Virus record (IMG/VR): IMGVR_UViG_3300033122_000112
Location: 1-37,422 of that record
DNA from: a virus
Lineage: Duplodnaviria; Caudoviricetes
Length of the DNA stretch: 37,422 nt
Reading direction: 5' to 3' (one strand)
The notes beneath the pieces were generated by a model. It saw only the letters and a program-made list of their open reading frames with translations, did no database searches and had not been told where the DNA came from. A program made the position numbers and the translations under genes. Shown in pieces: positions 23,901 to 30,304 of the stretch (within the stretch, counting starts at the first letter, position 1; the number at the start of each line of letters is the position of its first letter).

Positions 23901-26900
23901 TTGTCACTCTTCCTGCATTTTCACCATCAGTGTCTATGGTAGCACGAGCAACAGCACCAAATCCAACACCCTGAATACTAACTTCAGGTGCTGTAGTATA
24001 TCCTGAACCTGCAGAGATGATAGCAATAGAAATGATTCTACCATTTTGTACAATCGGCTGTGCCACTGCTCCTGAACCAGAAGATAGACTTACAGTAGGA
24101 GCACTGGTATAAGAACTACCACCATTGGTAATATTAACAGTATTAATAGGACCTCTAACACTGGCGGTGCCCGCAGCACCCGTTCCGCCTCCACCAACAA
24201 TAGTAATTGAAGGTTGAGAAGTATAACCTGTACCACCAGAGTTAATCAAAATACGGCTTACAGCACCTTTAGTAATAATAGCGGTCGCTGCTGCTCCTGA
24301 ACCGCCTCCACCAACGATTGATACTAGAGGAGAAGATGTATAACCAGAACCACCTGCTGTGACTGTAATCTCAGAGATAGAACCATTAACTACAACATTA
24401 GCAGTAGCACCTGTACCTCCACCACCAGAAATAGTGATAACAGGAGGAGATGCAGCATCATAACCTTGTCCCGCATTAGTAATAGCAATATTAGTGATTG
24501 CACCGAAAGTTTTACTTTGTGTTGACTTATATGACCATACAGAAACACCATTTACCCATGTACCAATAGGACCTGAAGAAATTTCAGACTTAGTTGATAT
24601 TGTAGTAGGGAGTGTAGGGAATCTGTTTAATTTACGTTGGTTGCCAGGTAAAAGAGCAGAACCAGGAAAAGGACCTATAGAATAGTTTGGTATACCAGTT
24701 GATGCAACGTAAGTATAGTTGTCATTGAAAAAAGAGTTCTGTATATTAGTAGTGTAAGGTCCGATTGCATTTAGAATCGTAGTAGTATCAGACTTACCTT
24801 TGTTCAAGTCAACTGATACTAGAATATTACCTTGTGGTACGATTGCTGCAGGTTGTGGTAGTGCATACTGGAATACTGTCTCACTATCTCTTGATGTGAC
24901 AGTAAATGTACCATTATAGATGATTGGGTTTGCACCATAAACTGTGACCTGATCACCAACCAACAAACCGTGATTATTAGAACATGTGACTGTTGCGGAT
25001 TGATTATTTACACCACCAAATGTGATACCACTAACAGTAATCAGTTTCTTGACGTTATATAACCAAGTTGTAAGTAAAGGAGATGTTCCAGTACCACCTA
25101 ACTTAGAAACTGTTAGTTTATCACCTTGTAAGTAGTAAGAACCTGTATCAGTTAATGTTGTTTGTTGTGCATCAACAATACCAACAACATTCATCACAAC
25201 TTCTTGTGGTGTATCCTTATTAATTTTTACTTGGAAGTTTGATGAGACTTCAGTAGCAGAATCCCAGTCCTCTACAACTCCGTTAACAGAACGAGTACAC
25301 TCAATAAACTGGTTAAGTGATTTTTCCTTATATTGTACTAATTCTGCACCAGAACCTGTGCCAATTACAAACTCTCCGTTTCTTTCTGGCCATCCAATGG
25401 TAGAGTCAACTGTAATGATTGAATCTGTTTGACTTAATGGTTCAGCAAGTTTTGTCTTATAAGGTACGGTAAACGTTCCTGTAATAGTTTCTTCAGATAG
25501 AACAAGTTCAAATATCTCTACTGTAGATGTTTTAATTGAAATGTAGTTTTCAACAAGTGCAGATGCTCCTTTTACATTAGGATCTGCAATATCTGCATCT
25601 TGTTGTAGAAGACCATCTTGAATGTCTGTAGCAAGTCCAGAAACCTTAGTTGCTCTTAAAATAGTATCAATAGACCATGTTGCTGCAGATGGTTTGATAA
25701 TCTGGTCTTTTGGATATGATATACTTACCGTTTCACCATATAATAACTTGAATAGATACGCAATACTGAATGATGTACCTTTTGCGGAGTAGAAATCCTT
25801 AATAGTTTTGATTGCTGTACGAACATCAATCTTCTTATAGTCTAGTTCTGGTACATCAGGTAAGAACTGCTGTGTATACTTGTCTAGTAAACGTTTTACA
25901 AATAAAGCATCAAGACATTTTACCTCAGTATCAACAGTGGCAGATGCAGCAGTAGTATCATTAGAAAATACTGCATTACCATCTTCCGTGTATTCTACGA
26001 TACCAGATGCAGCACGTGCACATCCTGTAAACTGTGCTTTATTATATCCTTTACCTGATTGATTAACCTTAAACCCTGTGACCTCATTTAAACCTATTTC
26101 CGCAGATGCTTCAGCACTTGTAGGTGCTTGAATTACAACAGAAGGAGGATTTGCAGCAGAATATCCACTACCAAACGCACTTACGTTAATATCTGTAATC
26201 GCACCGTTGAATATTGCAGCAGTTGCGGTAGCACCTGTACCACCTGCGTATGCTCCTGTACCATCTACTCTATTATCAACGATATAAACGGAAGGAACTT
26301 CATCATATCCGCTTCCTCCGTCAAGTATATCAATACGGATAACTCTTCCGTCTCCATCAACTACAGTTTGTAATACTTGTGCACCAACAGGATCTACTAT
26401 TGCTACTCTTGGAACGGATGTATAACCTTGCCCTGCGTTAATTGTAGTAATAGATGCAATAGTTCCGTCAGATGCTAGGACTGTTTGAAAAGATGCTCTG
26501 ATTGGATTATTACCAGTTGGTTCATCAACATACACTACAGGAGGGGTTGTATATCCAAATCCTGCATTTGTTATTGTTAAACCACCACTAATAGATCCAT
26601 TAGATATCGTAGGAGTGGCGACTGTAGCACCACCAGGCTGTCGGAAAGTGATTCTAGGTGTAAATGTATATCCAGAACCTGATCCCTGTAATTCTACAGC
26701 AGTGACAGAACCATTTTCAACTGTTGCTTTTAATGTTGCTTGTATAGAACCTGTTTTTGTAGGAGATTCAATTTGAACAACAGGAGGGTTTGTATCGCTA
26801 TATCCTTTACCACCATTAAGTAGAGTCACGGTCTTAATACCGTTTACTAATGCTTGTGCAGCACCACCTGATCCTACAGTTGTACTAATAGAAACTTTTG

Positions 26901-27888
26901 GAGGATATTCAAATCTATAGTTGCTACCATTTACGTTAGTTGAAATGCTAGTAAGTTGACCTAAATCATTTACTCGTGCAAAACCTTCCGCACCACTACC
27001 AAAAGAAGGTACAGGTGCTTCTATAGAGTGTAATGATAAAAATCTACCGTTTGTAGGTGCGGTAGCAAATATAAAGTCTGCACCATCAATAAAGTAATCT
27101 ACTTTGGGTATTAATAATCTTTTGTCGTATATTGCAACTACATACTCATCTACAATTGGTTCATATGCTATACCACTACGTGTTATTCTAAATTGTGTCT
27201 TACCTTCACCAAATGAGTTAGAAATATTATCGAGTGGAACAATCTGATTCTCTACAAAACCATCTAGGTATGTAATAAAGGTGTTTATAGCATCATCAGA
27301 AGGAATCTTTGTTCTAGGAGCACTTGCATAGGTAATAGTGGTTCCATTGACCGTATAGTCCGTACCAGGTGTCAATACCTCACCATATACAGAGACAATC
27401 AAATGTTGTGCAGATGGAGGTGCAATAGGATTGTCTTGAGATACTAAATTAAACTGAGTAGTAGTGCCATCAAAGAGATCGATAGGACTAAAAAGATTTA
27501 CCCACTTTAATTTTACCTGATCATATGAAATACCTGGTGAAAGAGCAATGTTTGGAGAACTGGTTGTACTCTCATAGTAGATAACTTCACTACCTATGAG
27601 AATAGATCCAGATTTTTCTAAAAACTGGTCAATCGATTCTACAACGATTGTATCGCTAGTTGCATCTATTGCTTCTACTAATTTTGTCTTACCATCTAAT
27701 ATACCTACGTCTAACCTATCAATATCAAGGTATCCAAGAAAATTGTTTAAGATATTCTGCCCAAGACCAGTCTTCTCTTGAGACTGATAGTAATACTCAA
27801 GAAATCTGTTAAACAGAGGATAGTCAGACTCTATAAATTCGGGAGTCTGGGCAACAATTGCCGATGAGACTTTGTTGATATTTGTCAT
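5950..27888 (-). CDS. gp7: Giant baseplate wedge initiator gp7 (7312 aa), multi-domain
   Basis: gp7 core motifs QTPEFIESDYPLFNRFLEYYY, IKDFYSAKGTSFSIAYLFKLLYG and IQDSYYYQDFSYAVKS...HPASFKVFG; directly follows gp6. Also contains a YHYH-type domain (~23245-24712), beta-propeller-like repeats (~21260-22380), two LamG/ConA-like domains (~20580-21050, ~14600-15190), helical repeats and YPR repeats. Confidence 0.88.
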   Translation of the reverse strand: MTNINKVSSAIVAQTPEFIESDYPLFNRFLEYYYQSQEKTGLGQNILNNFLGYLDIDRLDVGILDGKTKLVEAIDATSDTIVVESIDQFLEKSGSILIGSEVIYYESTTSSPNIALSPGISYDQVKLKWVNLFSPIDLFDGTTTQFNLVSQDNPIAPPSAQHLIVSVYGEVLTPGTDYTVNGTTITYASAPRTKIPSDDAINTFITYLDGFVENQIVPLDNISNSFGEGKTQFRITRSGIAYEPIVDEYVVAIYDKRLLIPKVDYFIDGADFIFATAPTNGRFLSLHSIEAPVPSFGSGAEGFARVNDLGQLTSISTNVNGSNYRFEYPPKVSISTTVGSGGAAQALVNGIKTVTLLNGGKGYSDTNPPVVQIESPTKTGSIQATLKATVENGSVTAVELQGSGSGYTFTPRITFRQPGGATVATPTISNGSISGGLTITNAGFGYTTPPVVYVDEPTGNNPIRASFQTVLASDGTIASITTINAGQGYTSVPRVAIVDPVGAQVLQTVVDGDGRVIRIDILDGGSGYDEVPSVYIVDNRVDGTGAYAGGTGATATAAIFNGAITDINVSAFGSGYSAANPPSVVIQAPTSAEASAEIGLNEVTGFKVNQSGKGYNKAQFTGCARAASGIVEYTEDGNAVFSNDTTAASATVDTEVKCLDALFVKRLLDKYTQQFLPDVPELDYKKIDVRTAIKTIKDFYSAKGTSFSIAYLFKLLYGETVSISYPKDQIIKPSAATWSIDTILRATKVSGLATDIQDGLLQQDADIADPNVKGASALVENYISIKTSTVEIFELVLSEETITGTFTVPYKTKLAEPLSQTDSIITVDSTIGWPERNGEFVIGTGSGAELVQYKEKSLNQFIECTRSVNGVVEDWDSATEVSSNFQVKINKDTPQEVVMNVVGIVDAQQTTLTDTGSYYLQGDKLTVSKLGGTGTSPLLTTWLYNVKKLITVSGITFGGVNNQSATVTCSNNHGLLVGDQVTVYGANPIIYNGTFTVTSRDSETVFQYALPQPAAIVPQGNILVSVDLNKGKSDTTTILNAIGPYTTNIQNSFFNDNYTYVASTGIPNYSIGPFPGSALLPGNQRKLNRFPTLPTTISTKSEISSGPIGTWVNGVSVWSYKSTQSKTFGAITNIAITNAGQGYDAASPPVITISGGGGTGATANVVVNGSISEITVTAGGSGYTSSPLVSIVGGGGSGAAATAIITKGAVSRILINSGGTGYTSQPSITIVGGGGTGAAGTASVRGPINTVNITNGGSSYTSAPTVSLSSGSGAVAQPIVQNGRIISIAIISAGSGYTTAPEVSIQGVGFGAVARATIDTDGENAGRVTSITIINRGIGYVQGTTLINMTSVGQDAVFTPSVFKWTYNLQATSVLDAAKGGVFEGYNNQYGGEYAHLSNPQKLRFILGDNLQEAVVGTITEQETQLQHSPIIGWAFDGNPIYGPYGYTDPTDQSSEITRLRTSYRVKPALVQTSNNPSPVRTAGPLLSVEAAGNFVEDYEYVFNLGDLDQYNGRFCKTPDYPTGRYCYFVTIDATEAGNPEFPYVLGPSFNSVVDTWNLSTSAVQQNIPTGVVRYRDPYENVDIDVERAPNASTNALTTEDGAILLFDPEDTNRDGQIDAEESAEVNLGQLFEESPLQLFDYFPKVRFDSKVDIEVETTNKFEDANVTGFTIENSGQSYQVNDRLVFDNTGTGGDGASARVSRIKGETVSAYTFESISGNNFGVLTTSSPHNLVAGDSIFVDYTPVMDNTNKQFTVRQYKGIEEIQITQTGSGYNTDIPPTIIIDSTSGQDGELEAIVTSVGSIDTVNIINSGSGYTSNPRVILSHPQIFKKADYYLSFINNNNYVKVNDTFVNDNKEVFICGKTKDASGNVVAFVSKLSATGVKEWSKTLELGSGLNYAEFNSLYVDGNDVWVVGINKPNSSILNAYNPDVILCKYTQAANGLSATLAFQKAYAGISGGTRADHITIIKKYSDTRYIIGGYTNTNSANPDDAFIASIDTSGNFAIKRKFASANKSERITDIICNYNSATGGQDVYFCMETASTVNALDVDVAVGKCQIGVNAITVDWINTYANSLHSMIDTSIAIDEFNEIYINATCRQKANDTDRDSIWVGKIDSTGALIWNYRYLTPGRDVTSCGKSAIDLFGDLNIAYTRDNNTNEYKTVDVLKIGYNGTIKNHTTTEFTADNIEGLQIHGLDVDTSGDVHTFGQTYWNRNEFVIPFTSSALTDTTTHYTAALTSTSDSFSYDTSGGWGKILGATTAAPSVWTNTNIKFAGTDLGQKLAGDWTLEFFIFKDATNSNVFSQPKETLFAIGDATVSTGGLHLYYDQSSAGPSGPLTLTITNSTTSINSAGSSLTSSQTNLYADNTWQAIAVTKSGDTFKAYVNGIEVLTGTISGTSLGAKDLYFGNIPGANGTLGQFRSNEQGQYHIDHLRLRNRAITPTVPSDILALPTAGAYGLTFNWVDDAWFADHMSRYDYIEYAGFGLKSDKNADATRLGNQGKKANTGITFTRTAVTPVIGSPLTINVNGYALGEAGYQSLDFDDSTTTMTEDTETLSHVQDIWSSRTATVPSPGSQKLKVTAVVKDRYYFKVTPTIKIDNVQALTINQAFNFSVGSKLVLKNDSGQFVNSGYIIRKDDANNIVYLAVNNNAWSNDLNTGQLSTEQFNEQSNYGITGAIPNDINEISNYTFAEINNQTPGTFIINLDGFDLDGTIADIPATIALTAAGTGYPNTGDSVATTTTNGEASGLLVDYTASGGVIQSISIDSGGAAGSGYKVGDEVVVSGGNGDAKFTINSCTGNLDSFATFKPYADADYSVRIDQVSGSSAYIVGSVVTIGSGAITWNSDYSQATISGLTGVLKITLVANLTKILQATAVANSDEVYVITNTSHYLNKGDMVYVDGNPTQTIGATSYDEYDGAFAVERVVSPLEFTYKLDQAALTAPATNASDVSIFVKSPTLKMYYGHQYLFDLSHSSMAGGNLSFAKDNLYKLEYSFNSIERVGTPGVTGGGQPTPTVKLKVDRNIVTNISYYFDPSRTGDDSPVVPGSYLDVVNSPYDGTFEISSVAGATITKGADILKFPLANEPEAAATISQASYTTSSTKAVGSIGDIRIVNPGGFYTKLPIVSGITSSRQIERVQINAPGTEYAVGTYNGVPITGDGEGGFVSITVADGTDAEGSTIPGQINNVVVTSPGKNYTTASIDINAIPGILGTGLTGSGAELVVVIPSAGTGASVFTKGANVGKIKKLKNNNFGYDYPHDYTLRPEISFPINAQLTSTSILDSITITDPGTGYSQAPAVIVTGGGGSGAVAEATIKNGRLDVIIVKDPGAGYSSTPTVSLRSSFNYVINLDLGLLQFAFPHGIANGAAVTLNVVDTGDGADFPLSAGAVGRLNGSTTYYAISGTANSLEDDQLKLAITAANAELGDALSFSNAGTGRQQVLTESFGGSAEANVITSTFLEGELVYQGDSLATATAQGFVSTNSGWQVGPRILKIVDYTGDFAENQRITGVISKSSGIITDLKIARGVLEIGSITRTTGQFIDDVGKPSEIIQKIQDSYYYQDFSYAVKSSTSISEWKEILIKNVHPASFKVFGELNLNEYGFIPNKETFFSLTKSVELAQEAIVPNIQNFALVEPVYTAFNNTEVLFRQKRLTSSENILTSVVQRIDDISSLFDGERTSFPLQVNQTNIVANANQLMIVLNGVVQTPGTAFSIQQDSIVFVEPPQPPASVKYVNVTINLIQTVDLTFTNISGIFPNVGNTVVGTSSNARLTVTKVTGNTITGFITQGTFILPTAGGGGELCTVSATGFSANISTRTADININNVTTGNFPAAADVTAGTVFTGATSGAQLTITQVVGTTISGTVTLGNFQTNEIITATLSGGAAFSGTTYTVTGGVASGGLFIFGEQVTNFDGDTAKVEQVNLQTGQEIPLAQLRYTVGLSTTSIEVVAYRTDNTAADAAVPAGTFTAGKNYQFGSEIVLVSAITQGSESTTLTVTRAQNGTTAVSHQEDVPVYGTDILVTDQLTLSKTAGTYQSTPGLFDIQLNDYIIAAQSGVVAQVTASSVYQDPTTNEFIGQVNISPGSSFFGLLFNRITSQTYPNVVLDNIANSSVNIVDFTDNNTPFNENFPATEQINNYVITYDNASGALAEGEDIRNYKIEYGNSNGDFDSAEDAKIRKLTFTNQKGTGFFVAGQTIRIGSLAEGEGTKAEVVGYSQARKTVYLGKIGRCQYNGQDIHAITFAGNAQISTGSFKFGGSSLLLDGTGDYVNIAASSEFAWGTGAFTLEFWVNPDSAAISGTATLLDQRENATEVAVRVYLQAAQIRYNVNGSDLVTSGATTLNNATWYHVAIVRSGSTTKIWLNGVEVGTGTDSSNFATKPIRVGMDYNGANGFTGYIDELRVSNSNRYSSAFTSQTGIHQGDTNTKLLVHFDGSNGQTYTEDWSGFVSPAIGDEFNNDSILATSRTTGAPAGFVGRTHRYLNAADHILTNKELIKAEALYIMKQVFPAHTVKGGDSAQLARLEVLIQALVDDLRNGSNSHIWITSASYINRTTNPISIATGTIEGDVPQEVYATEIVEKISKFVINNVPWDIQDTSHSFTQVYDGTLKDSDYPSAVNFTPTGATYNPATGAMVLTSNSHGLLSPREITASNATYTATTGVLGITSNGHNLQTGDRIKLKPNSITMTCTSDGNTVSQSYPRPDDPAGQGWMEVTRIDANNFSINVGKSPTVNYTVLDATYNGQTGFMTMDIGDNDLRTAWKYTPEGAAYNPSTGVMTITIANHGFYVGDRVMFDVYSLVFTCAQDSNATDHPYPRLTDPYYNKWLAISNVTTNTFDVNVGTSSNTTTHTFQYALPNSMVRSGETLRLSKDAVSFKCSQDNFKTIHSYPRTDDPGYNTSLPIWTNGTPLTATNASYNAQTGDMVITIPSHGLTTDNEIRIELNSLTFACTKDGNKTTHSYPRATDPAAQRWLRIEEKTDDTVKVNVGIGAVADQYVHTFVSALEHSIIKRDNTITVNIGKSPTVAYIPTGQGSYNATTGALVLTIGNHSLPAPTTHTVTNAVYVPSTGIMTLTIAGHNFSNGEKVKIADNSLRFTCAQDNNATNHDYPRSTDAVSNKWIPIFNVTTNTFDVQVLDNIPSTNVTAHTFVSATSGGVSKANSTIKLAPNSLVFTCTQDSNATEHLYPRSEQDRHTATTGTSYNPVTGIMTVTTAAAHGFRVGTPIMFQDLSLTFTCNEDNNATNHPYPRSTDYASNRWLFVETIPTTTTFTVQVLDKIPSTNTTTHTFVSATKGGIIEGDPAVAEAIPIDAVTSNSVTINVLNGYTPSNTTTHTLSGVVSHQYTPNGATYDATTGVMELTFATTNFTPTNATYNPTTGDMVLTIGSHTLKIGDTVRIQPNSITFTCTLDGNTAQKTYPRASSNDYAYNYDLTVTDETATTITVNVNGDGTPISDLSAHTFVSASTNAVQHGHQIKEYERIKLADGAVTFSCSMDGNSSNKAYPRATDPISGKWMEVFNVDYNKLSINVGKSPLRKFTPTHADYNPTTGFMTLTIGRHNLRRGTAVKIATNSITFRCAQDDYATDHSYPRTTDPNYNTAVTITDVTDDTITVQTLASTPSTNTSNHIFVSATTDAITTGGNYSHTFVSASSNGVQRALVQTGGNYTHKFASGLSNGVSTGGNYTHTFVSATTNGIDVAGDSVIISDNSLTFTCTKDGNATTHTYPRSTDPASAQVLPLTAHDANTFTINVGASKADDQYTHTWTASATNAVTKVFYSLSDCSDVITTQNNLVTILTDTLNNAILASPTDHLATVTSVSPAAEFIGGRVNGFKEVPFPVSYHDGTSDIIYTNQIDIDGQYRYRDAAYLIRQNASVIVDKATYDMLQRYPDLVLDLPGNNNGLSDAGTLQKKTDLTTIVQAIADDLEDGGNAKIVETANFYLGNNNEIRRVRLQVVQSIYAHDRLAVYIKEAITGDLTYDNTNDIITGDWDITGNNVSTYFDAVKTEVDALITTINDMIAPTDNDFDIGGDRLYFNRQYIVEEATGLTSSEFNYTLNGVSYTAFSYPGTGRTEIVVQNNLKDILLAMISDLQTGGQSSTITAMETYLNASLQIQTIEDELLAFIFAIEQVGVIGEHALNNILQDFNSGFTLPTGYAATKTDETAIRDSESPTTISNVITRFRELIKIAVNFLSPAKLAGRSAAKHVLYNYNYYKEEITNQVNSQFGTGQWIYDQFLTNITDDMVHDIVATDLTDKTTAYEITLTSNIGNYTVGEVIHSSNGAYAKVLEWNEDTTYLVVAPFVGTQWANGNTIVGRTSKAVGVVNTVAAGYDWYNKPTNVQTIAHARTLTSNITGQIAGANLFSNPEAIASDWTATEATITNNSIAAPDLTITSEKIVPSTNLALHTLNRDFSLTAFETFDSGVVKFDTTNESFDTGSISADANQTFTFSAFIKAGGYTSVRFQMSLDEGTSAVQRIFFDLNLTTGTIGSVFTPQGGMSNDSAGVVPLGNGWYRAFITTTFSFGFATLQNKIIINNASGSQNYAGNGTDGIYVWGVKLTKSALDPYQSGDGTVFFSDNEYNIKQYALNTLQTYMQAALDNTLTEPSPNAGFYKFYDSSEAANYNTKSMSRIIRSNIDIIRNQIKTGTYYTQITSQNGISVPTKLYGTRSLPVALGGGLNNADYMYGLSSNVYGELESIAENSGKVVQVYQRFRIDGDITDGPYTMNETVQKQGNASINGVVYGFFEDANYKYLDVKVTAGPWAITDNVVGANNSTTAQISAIESRLHIIDLQGNFVDNIPFKGYTSGNTAQPAGAFLKNEAAVTDNTGGTLTVDTATLNGTFETNSVVYPEASRQFLDVIKYDGLELKVGAKIASTGNVRFGISIISSLATFQVGNRLYKIANGTQDLNTYAIITGVDIANNFIYAQEFQGTLTNGDQVGDYGVGSFPQGYANITTKVVTAGSASATVQDVKTVGTLKRVYLSDVAGTFDVNDAIKSIDNYKAAISAKGDLKARVKRSFKGFDGVQTTFDLSQNNGISYLPDPAGHLLIFINGILQPPGATNAYTAFSNQIQFTEAPELGASFTGFYVGKLRQLDDISFEFDSLRQSFNLKRNEVFYSLTLTDGVQSSSIRPENNIICSLNGVIQEPGIGFEIVGSRIIFSEIPRVGSTFVAFSYVGSEADVDAAEIVPPVEPGDDIRIQGETEDRTVAVIESSNSLITFDYLGSVFGQDAVATAALTTGFIKQVQVTGGGSGYTTRPTVRVDSISGFEGNIRALVGVGGVTLSNTGTGYQNPDIAVETSVPDDWTAPDLSQYGEEVVDPEIIT
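7987..14469 (-). repeat. About four ~170-aa predicted helical repeats in gp7 (R..DAA..I..N / I.A...DL..GGN), two interrupted by insertions
   Basis: Units begin at HRYLNAADHILTN (~14469), YRYRDAAYLIRQN (~10341), NDFDIGGDRLYFN (~9853) and LAGRSAAKHVLYN (~9334). Confidence 0.65.
10590..14060 (-). repeat. Eleven copies of a ~100-aa beta-rich protein repeat (A.YN..TG / FTC..D.....YPR / VNVG / HTFVSA), nested within each other
   Basis: 11 Y...TG motifs, 11 C..D.....YPR motifs and 11 HTFVSA-like motifs counted by hand in the gp7 translation. Confidence 0.9.
23870..24495 (-). repeat. Tandem ~37-aa Gly-rich repeats (I.I...G.GY...P.V.I.GGGG.GA.A.A) inserted in the gp7 YHYH-type domain
   Basis: Five to six consecutive units visible in translation; the same unit recurs at ~26060-27000, ~17870-18060 and in the 1443-aa protein. 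Confidence 0.8.
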
Positions 27889-27896
27889 TTAACCCT

Positions 27897-29885
27897 TTAG
27901 GTCACACTCACTATTGTTGGTGTTTGGTCGAACACTGTAGGACTCAAACTATTTAGTGGGATTGAAGGAGGTGGTGCAGTTCCAATTGGTGAAATTGTCA
28001 CTTCAGGACTTACCAAGTTAATAATCGTACCTGGTGTTGAAGCAGGTATGGTAGAACTGTTAGCAGGAATAAACTGAACTGGTAATGATAATGATGTTGG
28101 AAGTCCTGCAGGATCAGTTATAGAACCCGCACCAGTTGTTGAATCAGTAATTGTTATACCAGTGGTAGGAATATTTGAACCTGTTCCAATAACAGCAATA
28201 GGACCAAAGGCAATTTCTCCTGTGTCATAGTTGACAGTACCTGCAGAGGTGTTTGTAAATACTTTTCTTGTACCTGTGTTATAGAATGTTCTAAGGTTTC
28301 CATATCCATCATCCTCAAATTGTTGATCAACACCTGGTCTATCTGCTGTACGGAACTGTCCAGAGAGTAGAATTGGTTCTTTTGCTCCATCTACAGACAA
28401 GGATGTTTTACTTGGTGCGGAATTATACAAAGCAGAACCAGTAGATATTGTATATGTGTTAGTTTGGTTAACAACAGGAATAATATATCTCAATAGAGTG
28501 ACCTGTAGAGATACGTCTGTAATAGCATTATTTGACAGTGTGATCGCTTTCTCGTATGCTTGTGATCTAAATGTACTATTGAAGTTGTTTATCTGGGTTT
28601 GTTGTGCCCACTGACTGATTGCAGTCTGTACATTTGTTTTGATTGTTGATGTATCAGAACTACTACCAGTGTCATATAGAACAAATACCTTAGTATAGAT
28701 GTAAAGGTTCTCTGGATCAATGATCACAGGATCAATAGATGCCATCGCATACTTTCTTAGGTCTGCAGCAATGTTCTTTTTAGTTTGATCGTTCAATGTA
28801 GCACCTGTAGCAGTCTTTACCGCAACAAATACTTTTCCATACACAGGAGGATTTAAAGAGTCTCCACCGTATGCTACCACTGCATCTGCATTAGGATATA
28901 CCTTTTTAGTAAGAATAGCATAGTCTCCTGCAGTCACAGCACGATATTGTGAGGAATAGAATCTTGGAGCATTATATTTAATAGACTCAATAGTCTCAGC
29001 AGCAGTTCCGTTTTGTGATCTTGCCACTTTTGTGAGTGTCACAGCAGCAGGAGAATAACTTTGACCTAGTGTATCCGTCATTCTACCAGTGTATGAGAAC
29101 CTATCTACGTCATTTGCCTCTTCACCAGAAGTCACAAGGTACTCAAACATTACAACTTCTCCGTCTTTTAATGCTCTACCTACAGAATCATCTCCAAATT
29201 TTACCTCATACCGCATATCTTCACCCTCTGATAGGAAATATACCCTAGTGGATGCGGTAAGTCCTGTGATTGTGTCCACTAAATTGTACAAATCAGAGGT
29301 TGTAGAGGATTCGTTTGCCTTTACTCTTACGGAAAGTGTGTTAATGTCCGCATCTTCTGAAGGAACTTTGTAATTTTGTGTTGCAAATGTATTAACAACG
29401 TATTGGAATGTGACTATAGATCCCTCTTTTAGTACAAGATTACTAAAAGTTGCTATACCAGTTGTAGAATTTACCTCAGCAGTAGTATCAGAAAGAACAT
29501 TCCATATATAATTTCCACCAGTTGCCACTGCACCTTTCTTAAGTGTGACTGTAGAAGGGTATGATCCGCTACTTTGTATAGTCTGTACAGTTAAATTGAC
29601 AGTTGCTTGACTTGCATTTATTGATCTTGGTACATAATTTAAAAGTTTTGCTATATTAACTACATTATCACGCACTGTGGAAGAGGGTAGGAACGCCTCA
29701 TTCATTGCCATGTTCGCATTAAATGAACTATAGTAAGTATTATATGATAATACATCTATCAAGTAGTTCAATGTTGCACCATCAAACTCATAGTCTGTAA
29801 ATTCTCTCCTAGTTCTTAGGTAAGATTTTATTGACGCTTTGATGTCATTGAAGTCTAGTGCTGTTAAATTATTTGGTGTTGACAT
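27897..29885 (-). CDS. gp6: Baseplate wedge subunit gp6
   Basis: LDFNDIKASIKSYL...FTDYEFDG..LNYLIDVLSYNTYY...NEAFL, YEVKFGD...G and ETIESIKYNAPRFYSSQYRAVTAGDY are T4 gp6 hallmarks; TAATG overlap with gp25. Confidence 0.93.
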   Translation of the reverse strand: MSTPNNLTALDFNDIKASIKSYLRTRREFTDYEFDGATLNYLIDVLSYNTYYSSFNANMAMNEAFLPSSTVRDNVVNIAKLLNYVPRSINASQATVNLTVQTIQSSGSYPSTVTLKKGAVATGGNYIWNVLSDTTAEVNSTTGIATFSNLVLKEGSIVTFQYVVNTFATQNYKVPSEDADINTLSVRVKANESSTTSDLYNLVDTITGLTASTRVYFLSEGEDMRYEVKFGDDSVGRALKDGEVVMFEYLVTSGEEANDVDRFSYTGRMTDTLGQSYSPAAVTLTKVARSQNGTAAETIESIKYNAPRFYSSQYRAVTAGDYAILTKKVYPNADAVVAYGGDSLNPPVYGKVFVAVKTATGATLNDQTKKNIAADLRKYAMASIDPVIIDPENLYIYTKVFVLYDTGSSSDTSTIKTNVQTAISQWAQQTQINNFNSTFRSQAYEKAITLSNNAITDVSLQVTLLRYIIPVVNQTNTYTISTGSALYNSAPSKTSLSVDGAKEPILLSGQFRTADRPGVDQQFEDDGYGNLRTFYNTGTRKVFTNTSAGTVNYDTGEIAFGPIAVIGTGSNIPTTGITITDSTTGAGSITDPAGLPTSLSLPVQFIPANSSTIPASTPGTIINLVSPEVTISPIGTAPPPSIPLNSLSPTVFDQTPTIVSVT

Positions 29886-30304
29886 TATTCGGGTCTCTTA
29901 AGTACAAATGATACTGTTTCAACTAGAGGTTGCCCTACTATTACATAATCTATAGTGACATTAAATTGATTTGCATCGTACTGCTCTCTTACAGCAACGT
30001 TTTCAATTGTAATTCTGGGTTCGTGTTGTCCAACAGTAGATAGAATGTCGTCTCTAATAGCATCTGCTGTAAATCCATCCATAGGTTCAAACAATAGTTG
30101 TCTAACTCCAGAACCTATTTGGGGTTGAAATAACTTTTCACCAGGCTGAGTCATCACAAGATTCTTTAATGACTGCTTTATTGAGTTGTCATTAGAAACT
30201 GCAGATACATCTTTTGTGAAAGGGTTTCTTGCAAAGTCCACTTTTATATCTTTAAAAGCACGACTTAGGTTTACATCCTTTCCACTTATTGATTTTAACG
30301 CCAT
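29885..30304 (-). CDS. gp25: Baseplate wedge subunit gp25 (GPW/gp25 family)
   Basis: SIKQSLKNLVMTQPGEKLFQPQIGSGVRQLLFEP...HEPRI is the gp25 family signature. Confidence 0.93.
   Translation of the reverse strand: MALKSISGKDVNLSRAFKDIKVDFARNPFTKDVSAVSNDNSIKQSLKNLVMTQPGEKLFQPQIGSGVRQLLFEPMDGFTADAIRDDILSTVGQHEPRITIENVAVREQYDANQFNVTIDYVIVGQPLVETVSFVLKRPE

Noticed and set aside
24050-24480. Locally GC-richer stretch as possible foreign DNA
   Set aside because: Explained by Gly/Ala-rich repeats.
5950-27888. Inteins or introns as the explanation for gp7 size
   Set aside because: I saw no Cys/Ser...His-Asn splice motifs, no homing endonuclease motifs and no reading-frame interruptions.
1215-29373. 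Many 60-126 aa ORFs on either strand inside the 1443-aa, gp9-like, gp7 and gp6 genes
   Set aside because: They are antisense or alternate-frame shadows produced by codon bias and show no recognisable motifs.
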